Shown here piece after piece: positions 17,953 to 28,649 of a DNA stretch of 40,352 bases (position 1 is its first letter; each line of letters starts with the position of its first letter). The notes under the pieces are model-generated. The model ran no database searches and was not told the DNA's origin. It worked only from the letters and a program-made list of their open reading frames with translations. The stretch lies in NCBI GenBank assembly GCA_017633495.1, contig JAGBPE010000128.1, positions 1 through 40,352 on the forward strand. Reading direction: 5' to 3'. Both the position numbers and the translations under genes were made by a program. This DNA comes from Bacteroidales bacterium. GTDB taxonomy: Bacteria; Bacteroidota; Bacteroidia; Bacteroidales; WCHB1-69.

Positions 17953-18001
17953 GGCAATAGGCAATAGGGAAAAGGCAATAGGATAGGGTTGAGGGTCGAG
18001 A
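17953..18001. repeat. purine-rich repeat with a 7-nt period (GGCAATA x3 interleaved with GGGAAAA, GGATAGG, GTTGAGG, GTCGAGA)
   Basis: Read directly from the sequence. It lies in the 404-bp divergent gyrB/lipoprotein spacer. Confidence 0.75.
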
Positions 18002-18258
18002 GAAGAGGGAAAGTGGCCGTTGGACATTTTGTAGGAGTAGGTCGCGTCGAATTTCTCGGTCGCGATGAACTGATGGGCGAAATTGATAGCAATAGAGCGT
18101 GATTATTTTTTGTACTTTTGCAGCCATAAATTCATGTCCTATGATGAGATGGTGCCACATCAGCGAATTCAATACCCTGTACGAGCAACCACGTGAATAC
18201 ATCAATGGCAAAAACGAACCAAGACTATAAAAATAGCAACAAATAATAAAGTAATATT

Positions 18259-19050
18259 ATGAAGAAAGTATTTTTAATGCTGGCCGTTGCGGCCACCATC
18301 CTCTGCGGATGCAACAAGGACAAGGACAATCTGTCAGACAAACTGATAGGCAAATGGATGCAGGCTGAAATAGATGGCTTGCCCGCGTTGACCAACGAAA
18401 AAACGGTTATCACCTTCATCTCCGACACAAAAGCTATCCTTAGCGCATCAAGAGCTGATTTCACACAGACGGAATCTAAATGGAACGCCTATTTGGAATG
18501 TGACGTCCAGATTGACGGCGACATTGTGACAGTCACTGGGCAAATCAACGAGTCCAAATCCATTGTTTACAAATACACTGTCAATTCTATTACTGACAAT
18601 GAGATGTCATGCCACTTCAAGGTGACTTCATACACGAATGGGAACGCATTCCACTATCCCGAGGAAGACGTTGTCCTGAAACGCGTCACTGTTGATTATA
18701 AAAACGACGTTGTTGGCATCTGGGAAGGCCGTATCACCAGCCAGGAAGGCTCCGAATTTGACGATGGCGAGCTCCACCGCTGGGAATACAAGGCTGACGG
18801 CACCTACATCTATTATCGCCAGACGGAAGAAGGTCAATGGGTGGACGACGTGAATGCCTTTGCCGAGTATTTCGTGGATGGCAACCTACTGTGCACACGC
18901 TGGCTGAACAATGGTGAGGGGCAGTTTGAGAACCGCGAATGGTGGGAGATTGCCTCCATCACGAACGGCGTGATGTCGTGGACGGCGCTGCGCAATCATG
19001 ATGACGGCACCACCTACACCGCTACTTTCAGCATGACAAAAGTGAACTAA
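18259..19050 (+). CDS. lipoprotein with two lipocalin-like modules
   Basis: 263 aa with a lipobox (ILCGC). Two similar halves begin LIGKWMQ and VVGIWEGR, as in the Bacteroidetes lipocalin-like domain. Confidence 0.6.
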   Translation: MKKVFLMLAVAATILCGCNKDKDNLSDKLIGKWMQAEIDGLPALTNEKTVITFISDTKAILSASRADFTQTESKWNAYLECDVQIDGDIVTVTGQINESKSIVYKYTVNSITDNEMSCHFKVTSYTNGNAFHYPEEDVVLKRVTVDYKNDVVGIWEGRITSQEGSEFDDGELHRWEYKADGTYIYYRQTEEGQWVDDVNAFAEYFVDGNLLCTRWLNNGEGQFENREWWEIASITNGVMSWTALRNHDDGTTYTATFSMTKVN

Positions 19051-19056
19051 CAGACA

Positions 19057-19082
19057 ACCTCGCATATATCCTATGCGAAGGT
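19057..19082 (+). terminator. possible terminator hairpin without a U tract
   Basis: ACCTCGCATA-TATCC-TATGCGAAGGT, 10 bp with one bulge, starting 6 nt after the lipoprotein stop. Confidence 0.35.
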
Positions 19083-19325
19083 CTCTGCCTGATTCCATCG
19101 CACGTTCACAAAAACAAACTACTAAGAAAAAAGGACGATAGAATCGGGTGCTTCCCACGTCATTCCTGCAAGAAAGTTTATTGGATGAAAGACTTCTCCT
19201 TAAATTTTTGCGGGAATGATTTTTTATTGTCCCCCTTTATCACATTCTCAACCTGAAATCCCATCCCGCCTGCCATTTTGTCAGTTCTTCCCCATTGGCA
19301 ACATAATTGCAATATTATGCGGCGT

Positions 19326-19361
19326 GTGCTCACTGAATATTCTGTGCTCACTGAATATTCT
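19326..19361. repeat. perfect 18-bp tandem repeat GTGCTCACTGAATATTCT x2
   Basis: Read directly from the sequence. Each unit carries the 8-bp palindrome GAATATTC (19335-19342 and 19353-19360). Confidence 0.9.
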
Positions 19362-19369
19362 GAAAATAT

Positions 19370-19444
19370 ATTCCTTGAGCAGCCTCGAAGAGGCAAGACG
19401 CACGCAGTGCAATTAACCCCACACAAGCGAAGCGCAGTGTGGGG
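19370..19444 (+). repeat. structured intergenic repeat, copy B (full length)
   Basis: ATTCCTTGAGCA-GCCTC-GAA-GAGGC-AAGAC-GCAC-GCA-GTGC-AATTAA-CCCCACAC-AAGCGAAGCGCA-GTGTGGGG. It ends 33 nt before the clpB ATG. Confidence 0.8.
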
Positions 19445-19448
19445 TCAA

Positions 19449-19470
19449 CCTAAACCTTAAACCTTAAACC
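19449..19470. repeat. 7-bp tandem repeat CCTAAA/CCTTAAA x3
   Basis: Read directly from the sequence. It lies between repeat copy B and the clpB start. Confidence 0.85.
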
Positions 19471-19477
19471 GAAAATT

Positions 19478-22075
<2,598 letters not shown>

Positions 22076-22080
22076 ATGAT

Positions 22081-22115
22081 AAAAAAAAGCGACGAAATTT
22101 CGTCGCTTTTTTTTT
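22081..22115. terminator. bidirectional intrinsic terminator between convergent clpB and the nitroreductase gene
   Basis: An A8 tract, the palindromic stem-loop GCGACGAAATTTCGTCGC (22089-22106), then a T9 tract. The nitroreductase stop codon lies in the T tract. Confidence 0.9.
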
Positions 22116-22752
22116 ATTCGATAATCAACTCTTTCCAACGCACTTTCGGGACGATATGCGTGCCGTTCTCTCGGTAGTACGCATGGCTTTCGTCTGCGGA
22201 AATCTCCTTCAGTTGGATGCACTCACCTCCTTTGCCGATGGCGAGGATGAGTACGGGCGGGTAGGGGAGCGCAAACTCTTCTTCGACTTTCTTTGCATTG
22301 AACGCCCCGATAATCAGACCGTTATAACCAAGCTCTACCGCTTTCAGCAACATGCTTTGTGCTGCGATGCCCACATCCACGTGCAGCATTTTATTGTCGG
22401 GAACGGTGCTGCAGATGATGATGAAGGCTTTGGGCTCGGTGCCTGGAAACGGCAAGTGCAGTTCCGGCAGCATACCGCCCAACTTGATGTTTTCCAACAC
22501 CTTTTCCGCACCAGTCTCTTCCGTGACCAGCTTGAACCGCAATGCTTGCTGGTTCTTCGCTGACGGCAACAAAGGATTCACCGCCACGATTTTCTCCAGC
22601 GTGCTTTTCGAAACTTTATAGGCTTGATCGTATCCGCGGTAACTGCGGTTTGCCTTCAACAGTTGATCCAGCGAATGCCCCGCGGATTTGTACACCACCT
22701 TTTTCTTGCTGTTGTATTCGTCGAATTTGTTCTCTATGTAATTGTCGGCCAT
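22114..22752 (-). CDS. nitroreductase family protein
   Basis: 212 aa. N-terminal RSYRGYD..., PSAKNQQALRF and a C-terminal ...LILAIGKG fit the FMN nitroreductase fold pattern. Confidence 0.7.
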   Translation of the reverse strand: MADNYIENKFDEYNSKKKVVYKSAGHSLDQLLKANRSYRGYDQAYKVSKSTLEKIVAVNPLLPSAKNQQALRFKLVTEETGAEKVLENIKLGGMLPELHLPFPGTEPKAFIIICSTVPDNKMLHVDVGIAAQSMLLKAVELGYNGLIIGAFNAKKVEEEFALPYPPVLILAIGKGGECIQLKEISADESHAYYRENGTHIVPKVRWKELIIE

Positions 22753-22775
22753 TATTTCGTCATTTGTTTTGCAAT

Positions 22776-22841
22776 CCAGGGGTTGCGCTTCGCTTACCCC
22801 TGGCTACCGAGCTCTTGCCCCTACGGGGCTGCTTAAGGAAA
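22776..22841 (-). repeat. structured intergenic repeat, copy D (variant with flipped distal stem)
   Basis: The reverse strand reads TTTCCTTAAGCA-GCCCC-GTA-GGGGC-AAGAGCTCGGTAG-CCAGGGGT-AAGCGAAGCGCA-ACCCCTGG. It starts 7 nt after the upstream stop and ends 23 nt before the nitroreductase ATG. Confidence 0.75.
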
Positions 22842-22848
22842 GTTTTTA

Positions 22849-24144
22849 TTACAGGCTCCAATACGTCATGTTCTTCACCACGTTACGATACAGACCCTTA
22901 ACGTCAACGAAGATGCCATTGCCAAGGGAATATTGCTGGAAATACTCTTCCGAGAGCCCTTTGTATTCGTTGTGGGCGACGGCGAGGATGATGGCGTTGT
23001 AGGGACCTTCGGGCTGCGACTTCAGTTCGAGGTTGTAGCATTTCTTGACCTCTTCGGGGTTGGCGAACGGATCGACCACGTCCACGATGACACCGAAATC
23101 CTGCAGCTCGTGGATGATGTCCACCACTTTGGAGTTGCGGATGTCGGAGACGTTCTCTTTGAAGGTGATGCCCATCACGAGTACGCGTGCGTTCATAGCC
23201 GGTTTGCCGGAAGCGATGATCTTCTTGACCACGTTCTTGGCGATGTAGCCGCCCATGGAGTCGTTGACGAAACGACCGGCGGAGATGACCTGTGTGTGAT
23301 ATTTTAGTTCAGCCGCCTTGTGCACGAGGTAGTAGGGGTCCACGCCGATGCAGTGGCCGCCAACCAGACCGGGGAAGAACTTCATGAAGTTCCATTTTGT
23401 GCCGGCCGCCTCCAACACGTCGTAGGTGTTGATGCCCATTCTGCCGAACAGGATCGACAGCTCGTTCATCAGGGCGATGTTGACGTCGCGTTGGGTGTTC
23501 TCGATGATCTTGGCAGCTTCGGCCACTTTGACGCTCGGGGCGCGGTGCACACCGGGTTGCACGACCATTTCGTAGATTTTCGCAATCTGTTCCAAGGATT
23601 CGTCATCGCAACCGGAGACGATCTTGACGGTCTTTTCCAACGTGTGTACCTTTTCGCCAGGATTGATACGCTCAGGCGAATAGCCGAACTTGAAATCGAC
23701 GCCTGCCTTTAATCCGGAAAGCTGCTCCAAAACCGGAACGCAGTCCTCTTCGGTGCAACCGGGGTAGACGGTGGACTCATAGACCACGTAGTCGCCCTTT
23801 TTCAGCACTTTGCCGACAGATTTGGTGGCTCCGAGCAGCGGAACCAGGTCGGGTTTGTTGTTCTTGTCGATGGGCGTCGGCACTGCCACGATGTAGAAGG
23901 TGGCTTTGGCCAATTCGTCCAAGGAGGAGGTAAACAGGATGTCTGCATTCTCGAACACGCTGTCGTCCAACTCTTTGCACGGGTCTGTACCTGAACGCAT
24001 CACGTTGAGATGATCCTCGTTGATGTCGAAACCGATGACAGAGGCTTTGTGAGCGAAAGCCATCGCCAGAGGAAGTCCGACATAACCCAAACCGATCACG
24101 CCGATTTTGGCATTTTTGCTTAAAATTTCATCGTATATGGCCAT
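22849..24144 (-). CDS. NDP-sugar 6-dehydrogenase of the UDP-glucose/GDP-mannose dehydrogenase family (TviB/WbpO/UDP-HexNAc dehydrogenase-like)
   Basis: 431 aa with an N-terminal Rossmann motif (KIGVIGLGYVGLPLAMAF) and the catalytic-Cys block LVGGHCIGVDPYYL. Confidence 0.85.
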   Translation of the reverse strand: MAIYDEILSKNAKIGVIGLGYVGLPLAMAFAHKASVIGFDINEDHLNVMRSGTDPCKELDDSVFENADILFTSSLDELAKATFYIVAVPTPIDKNNKPDLVPLLGATKSVGKVLKKGDYVVYESTVYPGCTEEDCVPVLEQLSGLKAGVDFKFGYSPERINPGEKVHTLEKTVKIVSGCDDESLEQIAKIYEMVVQPGVHRAPSVKVAEAAKIIENTQRDVNIALMNELSILFGRMGINTYDVLEAAGTKWNFMKFFPGLVGGHCIGVDPYYLVHKAAELKYHTQVISAGRFVNDSMGGYIAKNVVKKIIASGKPAMNARVLVMGITFKENVSDIRNSKVVDIIHELQDFGVIVDVVDPFANPEEVKKCYNLELKSQPEGPYNAIILAVAHNEYKGLSEEYFQQYSLGNGIFVDVKGLYRNVVKNMTYWSL

Positions 24145-24165
24145 ATTGTTGTTGATTTTCGTCTG

Positions 24166-25914
24166 TTAATGAAGGATTTGCTCCAGTTTTTCTTTCTTTT
24201 TTGCGGCGGTCTGACAAATATTGTCGTCCATCACATCTTTCTTTTTATATGGAAATAGGGTGTTTGTCAAACGGAATTCAGTACCAAAATCCTTGGTTCT
24301 TTCTGCTATAACGCGTTCGTAGAAACGGATTTGCACTTTAATTGCCTCTCGACATAGTTCGATGATGCGGGTTGGGGTGACTTCTTCGTCGCACAAGTAG
24401 GGTAACAGGTTTATTGCGTCTGTGAGAGACATCAAAGACCCATTTTCATCGATATAGTCCAGCTGCAGCGCGTGCGCTTCTTTCAACGAGGAAGTGTTGC
24501 AGAGCTGTTGCCATTGTTCAGTGCTCAGCACGTTTCCACCAGCGTTAATCCACTGTAATTTAGCATTATTTTCAAGAATATCAATCAAAGTTTCTGGTTT
24601 GTTGTTGAAGACGCCTTCTGCGAGCACGTAGCAAAGCATCATTTCGCGATATGCGGCGATGGCCTCCTTCTCTTTGAGGATGCGCACCGGTCGGTTCGAC
24701 ATCTCCATTTTGGGCAGTTCCGCTTCGCCAGCCAAATGCTGGGTGAGCAGTCTGTGATTCTCTTTTACGATGTGTATGGTGTCAGGTGCAAGTGGCTTGA
24801 ATTCATAGTATTGCGTGTATGCAATGCGCTTGTCACGGTTTTCGTACTTCCATTCGTTGCGCATCAGCGCGTAGGCGTTGTGCATCCACCAGAATGCGGG
24901 CATAATCTCCAAACAGCCGTCCTTTACATTGTTGTTAATCAGCGAGAAGGCGAACTGAATGGAGAGCGGTCGCGGGTAGTCGCCTTTGGCAATGAGGGTG
25001 TACGGCGCAAACGAACAGGGGAATGCCAATGAGGAGCAGAGTCCGGGCCAGAAACCGCGGCCTGCCACCAAATCGACGTCGTTCTTACGGCCGTTGTGGT
25101 TGGATCCGAGCGTTGCGCCGGCAGCGATGTTGCTCTGTCCTTGGATGTGCGCGGCAATGAGGAATGAGTTGCTGTGGTGCTGCTCGTGACAGGGGTAGAG
25201 GTAGGCATGGCCGACCTCGCAACCCGAAATGTGGCTGTTGTCGCCCACGGCAGACTGATAGACACGCGCCCCTTCCGCAATGCTAACCTGCTGTCCGACA
25301 AGCACGTCGGCGAGATACGAACGGGAGTCAAGGTGCGCGCCTTTGTGTACGATGGCATTGCGCAGAATGACAGCACCTCCAATGCGGGCAGGTTCTTTCT
25401 CAGAAGAGGAAATCCAGGCATGTTTAATCTCACAACATCCTGATAATTCGGTGAATGCGTCGATGTGGACGTTGTGGATGGCGGTGACGTTCTCTATGGT
25501 GCAGTGAGCTCCGATAAAGCCTTCTTTTTCAGTCGGTGCTTCGTGCTCGAACAACGTGGGATTTCCCGTATAGAGACACTGGAAAACATCGGTGGAGTTC
25601 ATCTCGGGAACCGCAACTACCTGAAAACGACCGTCTTCGTTGCAGAGTTCCAAGGTGTAGCCGTAGTGTTCTTCCGTAAAGGTGAGCGACCCGATGTTGG
25701 AAAGTCGGGTGTTCGCACCAATGTGATAGTTCTCAATATGTAAAACATTGGACATCACGACGTTGTCCTCGATGTTTACCTTGCCGTGAAAATGACAATT
25801 GCGTATGTCTAAAACAGAAAAAGTGCGGACGACGGAAATGTCCTTCCAGTCGTCTGCACTATTGTTCTGCTGTATCAGCTGAGTGATTTCAGCGTCTGTG
25901 AGCGGTCTCCACAT
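24166..25914 (-). CDS. uncharacterised beta-helix-like protein resembling Bacteroidetes DUF4954
   Basis: 582 aa from the ATG at 25914; the ORF-track start at 25917 is a GTG. The central region has imperfect hexapeptide-like periodicity (IGAHCTIENVTAIHNVHIDAFTEL..., IGGAVILRNAIVHKGAHLDSRSYLADVLVGQQVSIAEGARV...). The C-terminal ~200 aa is helical. The family name is recalled from memory and was not searched. Confidence 0.55.
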   Translation of the reverse strand: MWRPLTDAEITQLIQQNNSADDWKDISVVRTFSVLDIRNCHFHGKVNIEDNVVMSNVLHIENYHIGANTRLSNIGSLTFTEEHYGYTLELCNEDGRFQVVAVPEMNSTDVFQCLYTGNPTLFEHEAPTEKEGFIGAHCTIENVTAIHNVHIDAFTELSGCCEIKHAWISSSEKEPARIGGAVILRNAIVHKGAHLDSRSYLADVLVGQQVSIAEGARVYQSAVGDNSHISGCEVGHAYLYPCHEQHHSNSFLIAAHIQGQSNIAAGATLGSNHNGRKNDVDLVAGRGFWPGLCSSLAFPCSFAPYTLIAKGDYPRPLSIQFAFSLINNNVKDGCLEIMPAFWWMHNAYALMRNEWKYENRDKRIAYTQYYEFKPLAPDTIHIVKENHRLLTQHLAGEAELPKMEMSNRPVRILKEKEAIAAYREMMLCYVLAEGVFNNKPETLIDILENNAKLQWINAGGNVLSTEQWQQLCNTSSLKEAHALQLDYIDENGSLMSLTDAINLLPYLCDEEVTPTRIIELCREAIKVQIRFYERVIAERTKDFGTEFRLTNTLFPYKKKDVMDDNICQTAAKKKEKLEQILH

Positions 25915-25935
25915 CACACGGTAAAAAAGAAGTTG

Positions 25936-26637
25936 TTATTCTTCGCCACCGCCGCCAAGCATCTTTTTCAGATCCTCGGGAGCATCTTCGAAGTCCTTCG
26001 CGTCAGAGGGAAGGAGGAAGTCAGTGGCTTTCACCTTCTTGTTGGGGGTGATTTTGGTAGCGGTGCTGATCACCGTGAACTCTTCGCCGTTATATTCTTT
26101 CTTTGATTCGGTGCAGAGCGGATAGCCCTTCAGACCAGGGTATGAAGCAAAGTTGATATCGTCGCCAAGACCGAGTTCTGTGGTCACCCAAAGAATCTCC
26201 GTATCTTCTTCATCAGTCTCCAAGTTGGTGATTTTCACGATCACTTTCTTGCAATTGTAGCCTGTGATGTTTTTCGTTTCGTCCGTGTACTCAAAATCTC
26301 TCTTGATGTTGGCAGTAGCCTCTTGGAGTTTTTCAAGAGTGGCTTTGTTATAATATTTGCCATAGCCAGGGATGTCAAAAATGGTGGTGAGGGTCTTTGA
26401 GTTGCCATTTGAAATGATGATCACATCAATACCCATGTTCATGTTAATACGCCAGTTGTTGCCCATAACGATAAACTCTTGGGTCTCTTCAGCAAGCTGG
26501 GAAACGAAATTCGGGTCGCTGCAATCCGGGGAAGTGGATTCAAAAGTGATGTTGCCAGCGAAAGGTTTCTGTGCGAAAGCACTGACACTGAGGATCATCA
26601 CGGCGACGATCATAAAAAAGCGGGTCATTTTTTTCAT
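25936..26637 (-). CDS. secreted protein of unknown function (possibly DUF4412-like)
   Basis: 233 aa with signal peptide MKKMTRFFMIVAVMILSVSAFAQ, a beta-rich body and a C-terminal GGGGEE tail. Confidence 0.5.
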   Translation of the reverse strand: MKKMTRFFMIVAVMILSVSAFAQKPFAGNITFESTSPDCSDPNFVSQLAEETQEFIVMGNNWRINMNMGIDVIIISNGNSKTLTTIFDIPGYGKYYNKATLEKLQEATANIKRDFEYTDETKNITGYNCKKVIVKITNLETDEEDTEILWVTTELGLGDDINFASYPGLKGYPLCTESKKEYNGEEFTVISTATKITPNKKVKATDFLLPSDAKDFEDAPEDLKKMLGGGGEE

Positions 26638-26685
26638 TTTTTCTTAAGTATTTTTGGTTATAATAATCCAACTTAATTCAGACGG

Positions 26686-26693
26686 CAAAGATA
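26686..26693 (-). promoter_or_regulatory. -7 promoter box TATCTTTG
   Basis: The reverse strand reads TATCTTTG, 49 nt upstream of the ATG at 26637. Confidence 0.55.
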
Positions 26694-26723
26694 TAAAATT
26701 TACTGAAAAGTTTAATGAAAAAA

Positions 26724-26738
26724 AACATTGTCAATGTT
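26724..26738. promoter_or_regulatory. 15-bp palindrome AACATTG-T-CAATGTT, candidate operator
   Basis: A perfect 7-bp inverted repeat in the divergent spacer, between the two -7 boxes. Confidence 0.35.
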
Positions 26739-26761
26739 GCGGGCTGTTTGCAAAGATTTTT

Positions 26762-26769
26762 TATTTTTG
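26762..26769 (+). promoter_or_regulatory. -7 promoter box TATTTTTG
   Basis: Matches TAnnTTTG 26 nt upstream of the ATG at 26795. Confidence 0.55.
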
Positions 26770-26794
26770 CTTTTTCATTTTAAAAGTTAAGATA

Positions 26795-27478
26795 ATGGAA
26801 TCTAAAAGGGTATTATTGGCTGAGGACGACATGAATCTGGGCAAGGTTTTGACCACCGTGCTCACCGGCAAGGGTTTCCAAGTGAAACACGCTAACAACG
26901 GTGAGGCGGCCTACGAGCTTTTCTGCACCAACGAGTTCGACATCTGTCTCATCGATGTGATGATGCCGATTAAAGACGGCTTCACGTTGGCGCAGGAGAT
27001 TCGGAAAATGGACAAGAAGATTCCGATTATCTTCTTGACAGCCAAGACCATGCAGGAAGACATGATCAAAGGACTCTCCATTGGCGGTGACGACTACATC
27101 ACCAAACCGTTCACGATGGAGATTCTGCTGGCGCGTATGCAGGCGCTGTTGCGTCGTACGGGCGTGCAGGAGGAGCCGGAGAGCCATATCGTCAACATCG
27201 GAAAAATCCAGTTCGACCGCAAACGTCAGGTGCTGATTGTGGACGGCGAGGAGCAGAAGATGACCTCCCGCGAGGCCGCCCTTTTGGATATGCTGTACGA
27301 GCAGCGCAACGATGTGCTCTACAGAAGTTATGCCTTAAAGAAGATTTGGGGCGAGGACAGCTTCTACAACAGCCGGAACATGGACGTCTATATCACACGT
27401 CTGCGAAAGCTGCTGAAAAGCGAGCCTAACGTGCAGATTATCAACGTACATAGTACGGGGTTCAAACTGGTCTGGTAA
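26795..27478 (+). CDS. OmpR/PhoB-type response regulator
   Basis: The start is moved from 26654 to the ATG at 26795 (MESKRVLLAEDDMNLGKVL). Receiver residues: EDD, DICLIDVMMP, FLTAK. The C-terminal winged helix includes LTSREAALLDML...YITRLRKLL. No histidine kinase gene is adjacent. Confidence 0.9.
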   Translation: MESKRVLLAEDDMNLGKVLTTVLTGKGFQVKHANNGEAAYELFCTNEFDICLIDVMMPIKDGFTLAQEIRKMDKKIPIIFLTAKTMQEDMIKGLSIGGDDYITKPFTMEILLARMQALLRRTGVQEEPESHIVNIGKIQFDRKRQVLIVDGEEQKMTSREAALLDMLYEQRNDVLYRSYALKKIWGEDSFYNSRNMDVYITRLRKLLKSEPNVQIINVHSTGFKLVW

Positions 27479-27480
27479 TC

Positions 27481-28641
27481 TTATCGCGCGGCGGTGCCGA
27501 CCACTACCTCGGCAGCCTTTTGAGAAGCCGAACCGTTGCCCAGCCGCGTGTACAATTCGTCATACTGCGCTTTCATGGCGGCGATGTTTTCCGCATCTTC
27601 CGTGATGAGGCGCAGTTCTTTTTGCAATCTTTCCGGGTTATAGTCGTGCTGGATGAGCTCCGTCACCACGGGTGCGTCCATAATGAGGTTGGGTAGGGAG
27701 ATATAGTTGATTCCGGAGATCAAGTGCTTGGCTATCAGGTAGGAAATCTCGCTTCCAGCATAACAGACCACCTGCGGGGTACCGATCATGGAGGTCTCCA
27801 AAGTGGCGGTTCCGGATGCGACGATGGCCGCTTTGGCGTTGGCGAGCAACGCGTAGGTCTGGTCACAAACCGTATACACGTTACGGCTTTGTAGAGACGA
27901 TGTGCACATCGTCTCTACGGATGTTTGCAAATGTTTGTCATATAGTTCTTTCGGAAGCCACGAAACGGTGGAAACCACAAATTGGTATTGCGGGAATTGC
28001 TCCACCACGCTCAGCATGGTCGGCAAAATGGCGTTGATCTCCTGTTTGCGACTGCCGGGCAAAAGAGCAATAATCTCCCTGTCTTCCAGCTGATTATCCG
28101 TCTTGAAGCTCACAACATCGGAACGTGTACGCAGGTCGCGTTGCACCGCGTCGAGCAGCGGATGACCTACATAATGCACATCCATACCGTTTTTGGCGTA
28201 AAACTCCTTCTCGAACGGAAGAATCACCATCATTTCGTCCACATCGCGCTTGATCTGCTTGATGCGTCCCTTCTTCCAAGCCCAAATCTGCGGCGAAATG
28301 TAGTAAACCACCTTAATGTGGCGCTCTTTGGCGAACTGGGCGATGCGCAGGTTGAAACCGGGATAATCGACCAAAACCAATACATCAGGTAACCACTCTA
28401 AGATATCTGCTTTACAGCGTTTTATGTTTTCTAAAACTTCTGAAAGATGCACGAAAACCTCCCAAAAACCCATGAAGGCCATCTCTTTGTAGTGCATAAG
28501 CAAATCCGCTCCGGCATTGCGCATTAAATCGCCGCCGCAACCCCGAAACAGAGCTTCGGAATCTTTCGCTTTGATGGCCTTGATCAGGTTGGAGGCGTGC
28601 AGGTCGCCCGACGCCTCGCCCGCCACGATGTAATATCTCAT
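27481..28641 (-). CDS. lpxB: lipid-A-disaccharide synthase
   Basis: 386 aa starting MRYYIVAGEASGDLHASNLI, with DYPGFNLR and SGTATLE motifs. Confidence 0.93.
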   Translation of the reverse strand: MRYYIVAGEASGDLHASNLIKAIKAKDSEALFRGCGGDLMRNAGADLLMHYKEMAFMGFWEVFVHLSEVLENIKRCKADILEWLPDVLVLVDYPGFNLRIAQFAKERHIKVVYYISPQIWAWKKGRIKQIKRDVDEMMVILPFEKEFYAKNGMDVHYVGHPLLDAVQRDLRTRSDVVSFKTDNQLEDREIIALLPGSRKQEINAILPTMLSVVEQFPQYQFVVSTVSWLPKELYDKHLQTSVETMCTSSLQSRNVYTVCDQTYALLANAKAAIVASGTATLETSMIGTPQVVCYAGSEISYLIAKHLISGINYISLPNLIMDAPVVTELIQHDYNPERLQKELRLITEDAENIAAMKAQYDELYTRLGNGSASQKAAEVVVGTAAR

Positions 28642-28649
28642 CCGCTAAA

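Noticed and set aside
17944-18010. G-quadruplex in the G-run-rich block
   Set aside because: The G3 runs are separated by loops of up to 11 nt and interrupted by A/T. The pattern is better described as a 7-nt periodic repeat. Any G4 potential is marginal and cannot be tested here.
19178-19460. Three small ORFs (19178-19426 minus; 19216-19416 and 19278-19460 plus) upstream of clpB
   Set aside because: They are translated largely from the 18-bp tandem repeat and the structured repeat element. They overlap each other in different frames and have no start context.
19051-19477. CIRCE heat-shock operator (TTAGCACTC-N9-GAGTGCTAA) upstream of clpB
   Set aside because: No inverted repeat of that form is present. 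GTGCTCA in the 18-bp unit is only a partial, directly repeated resemblance.
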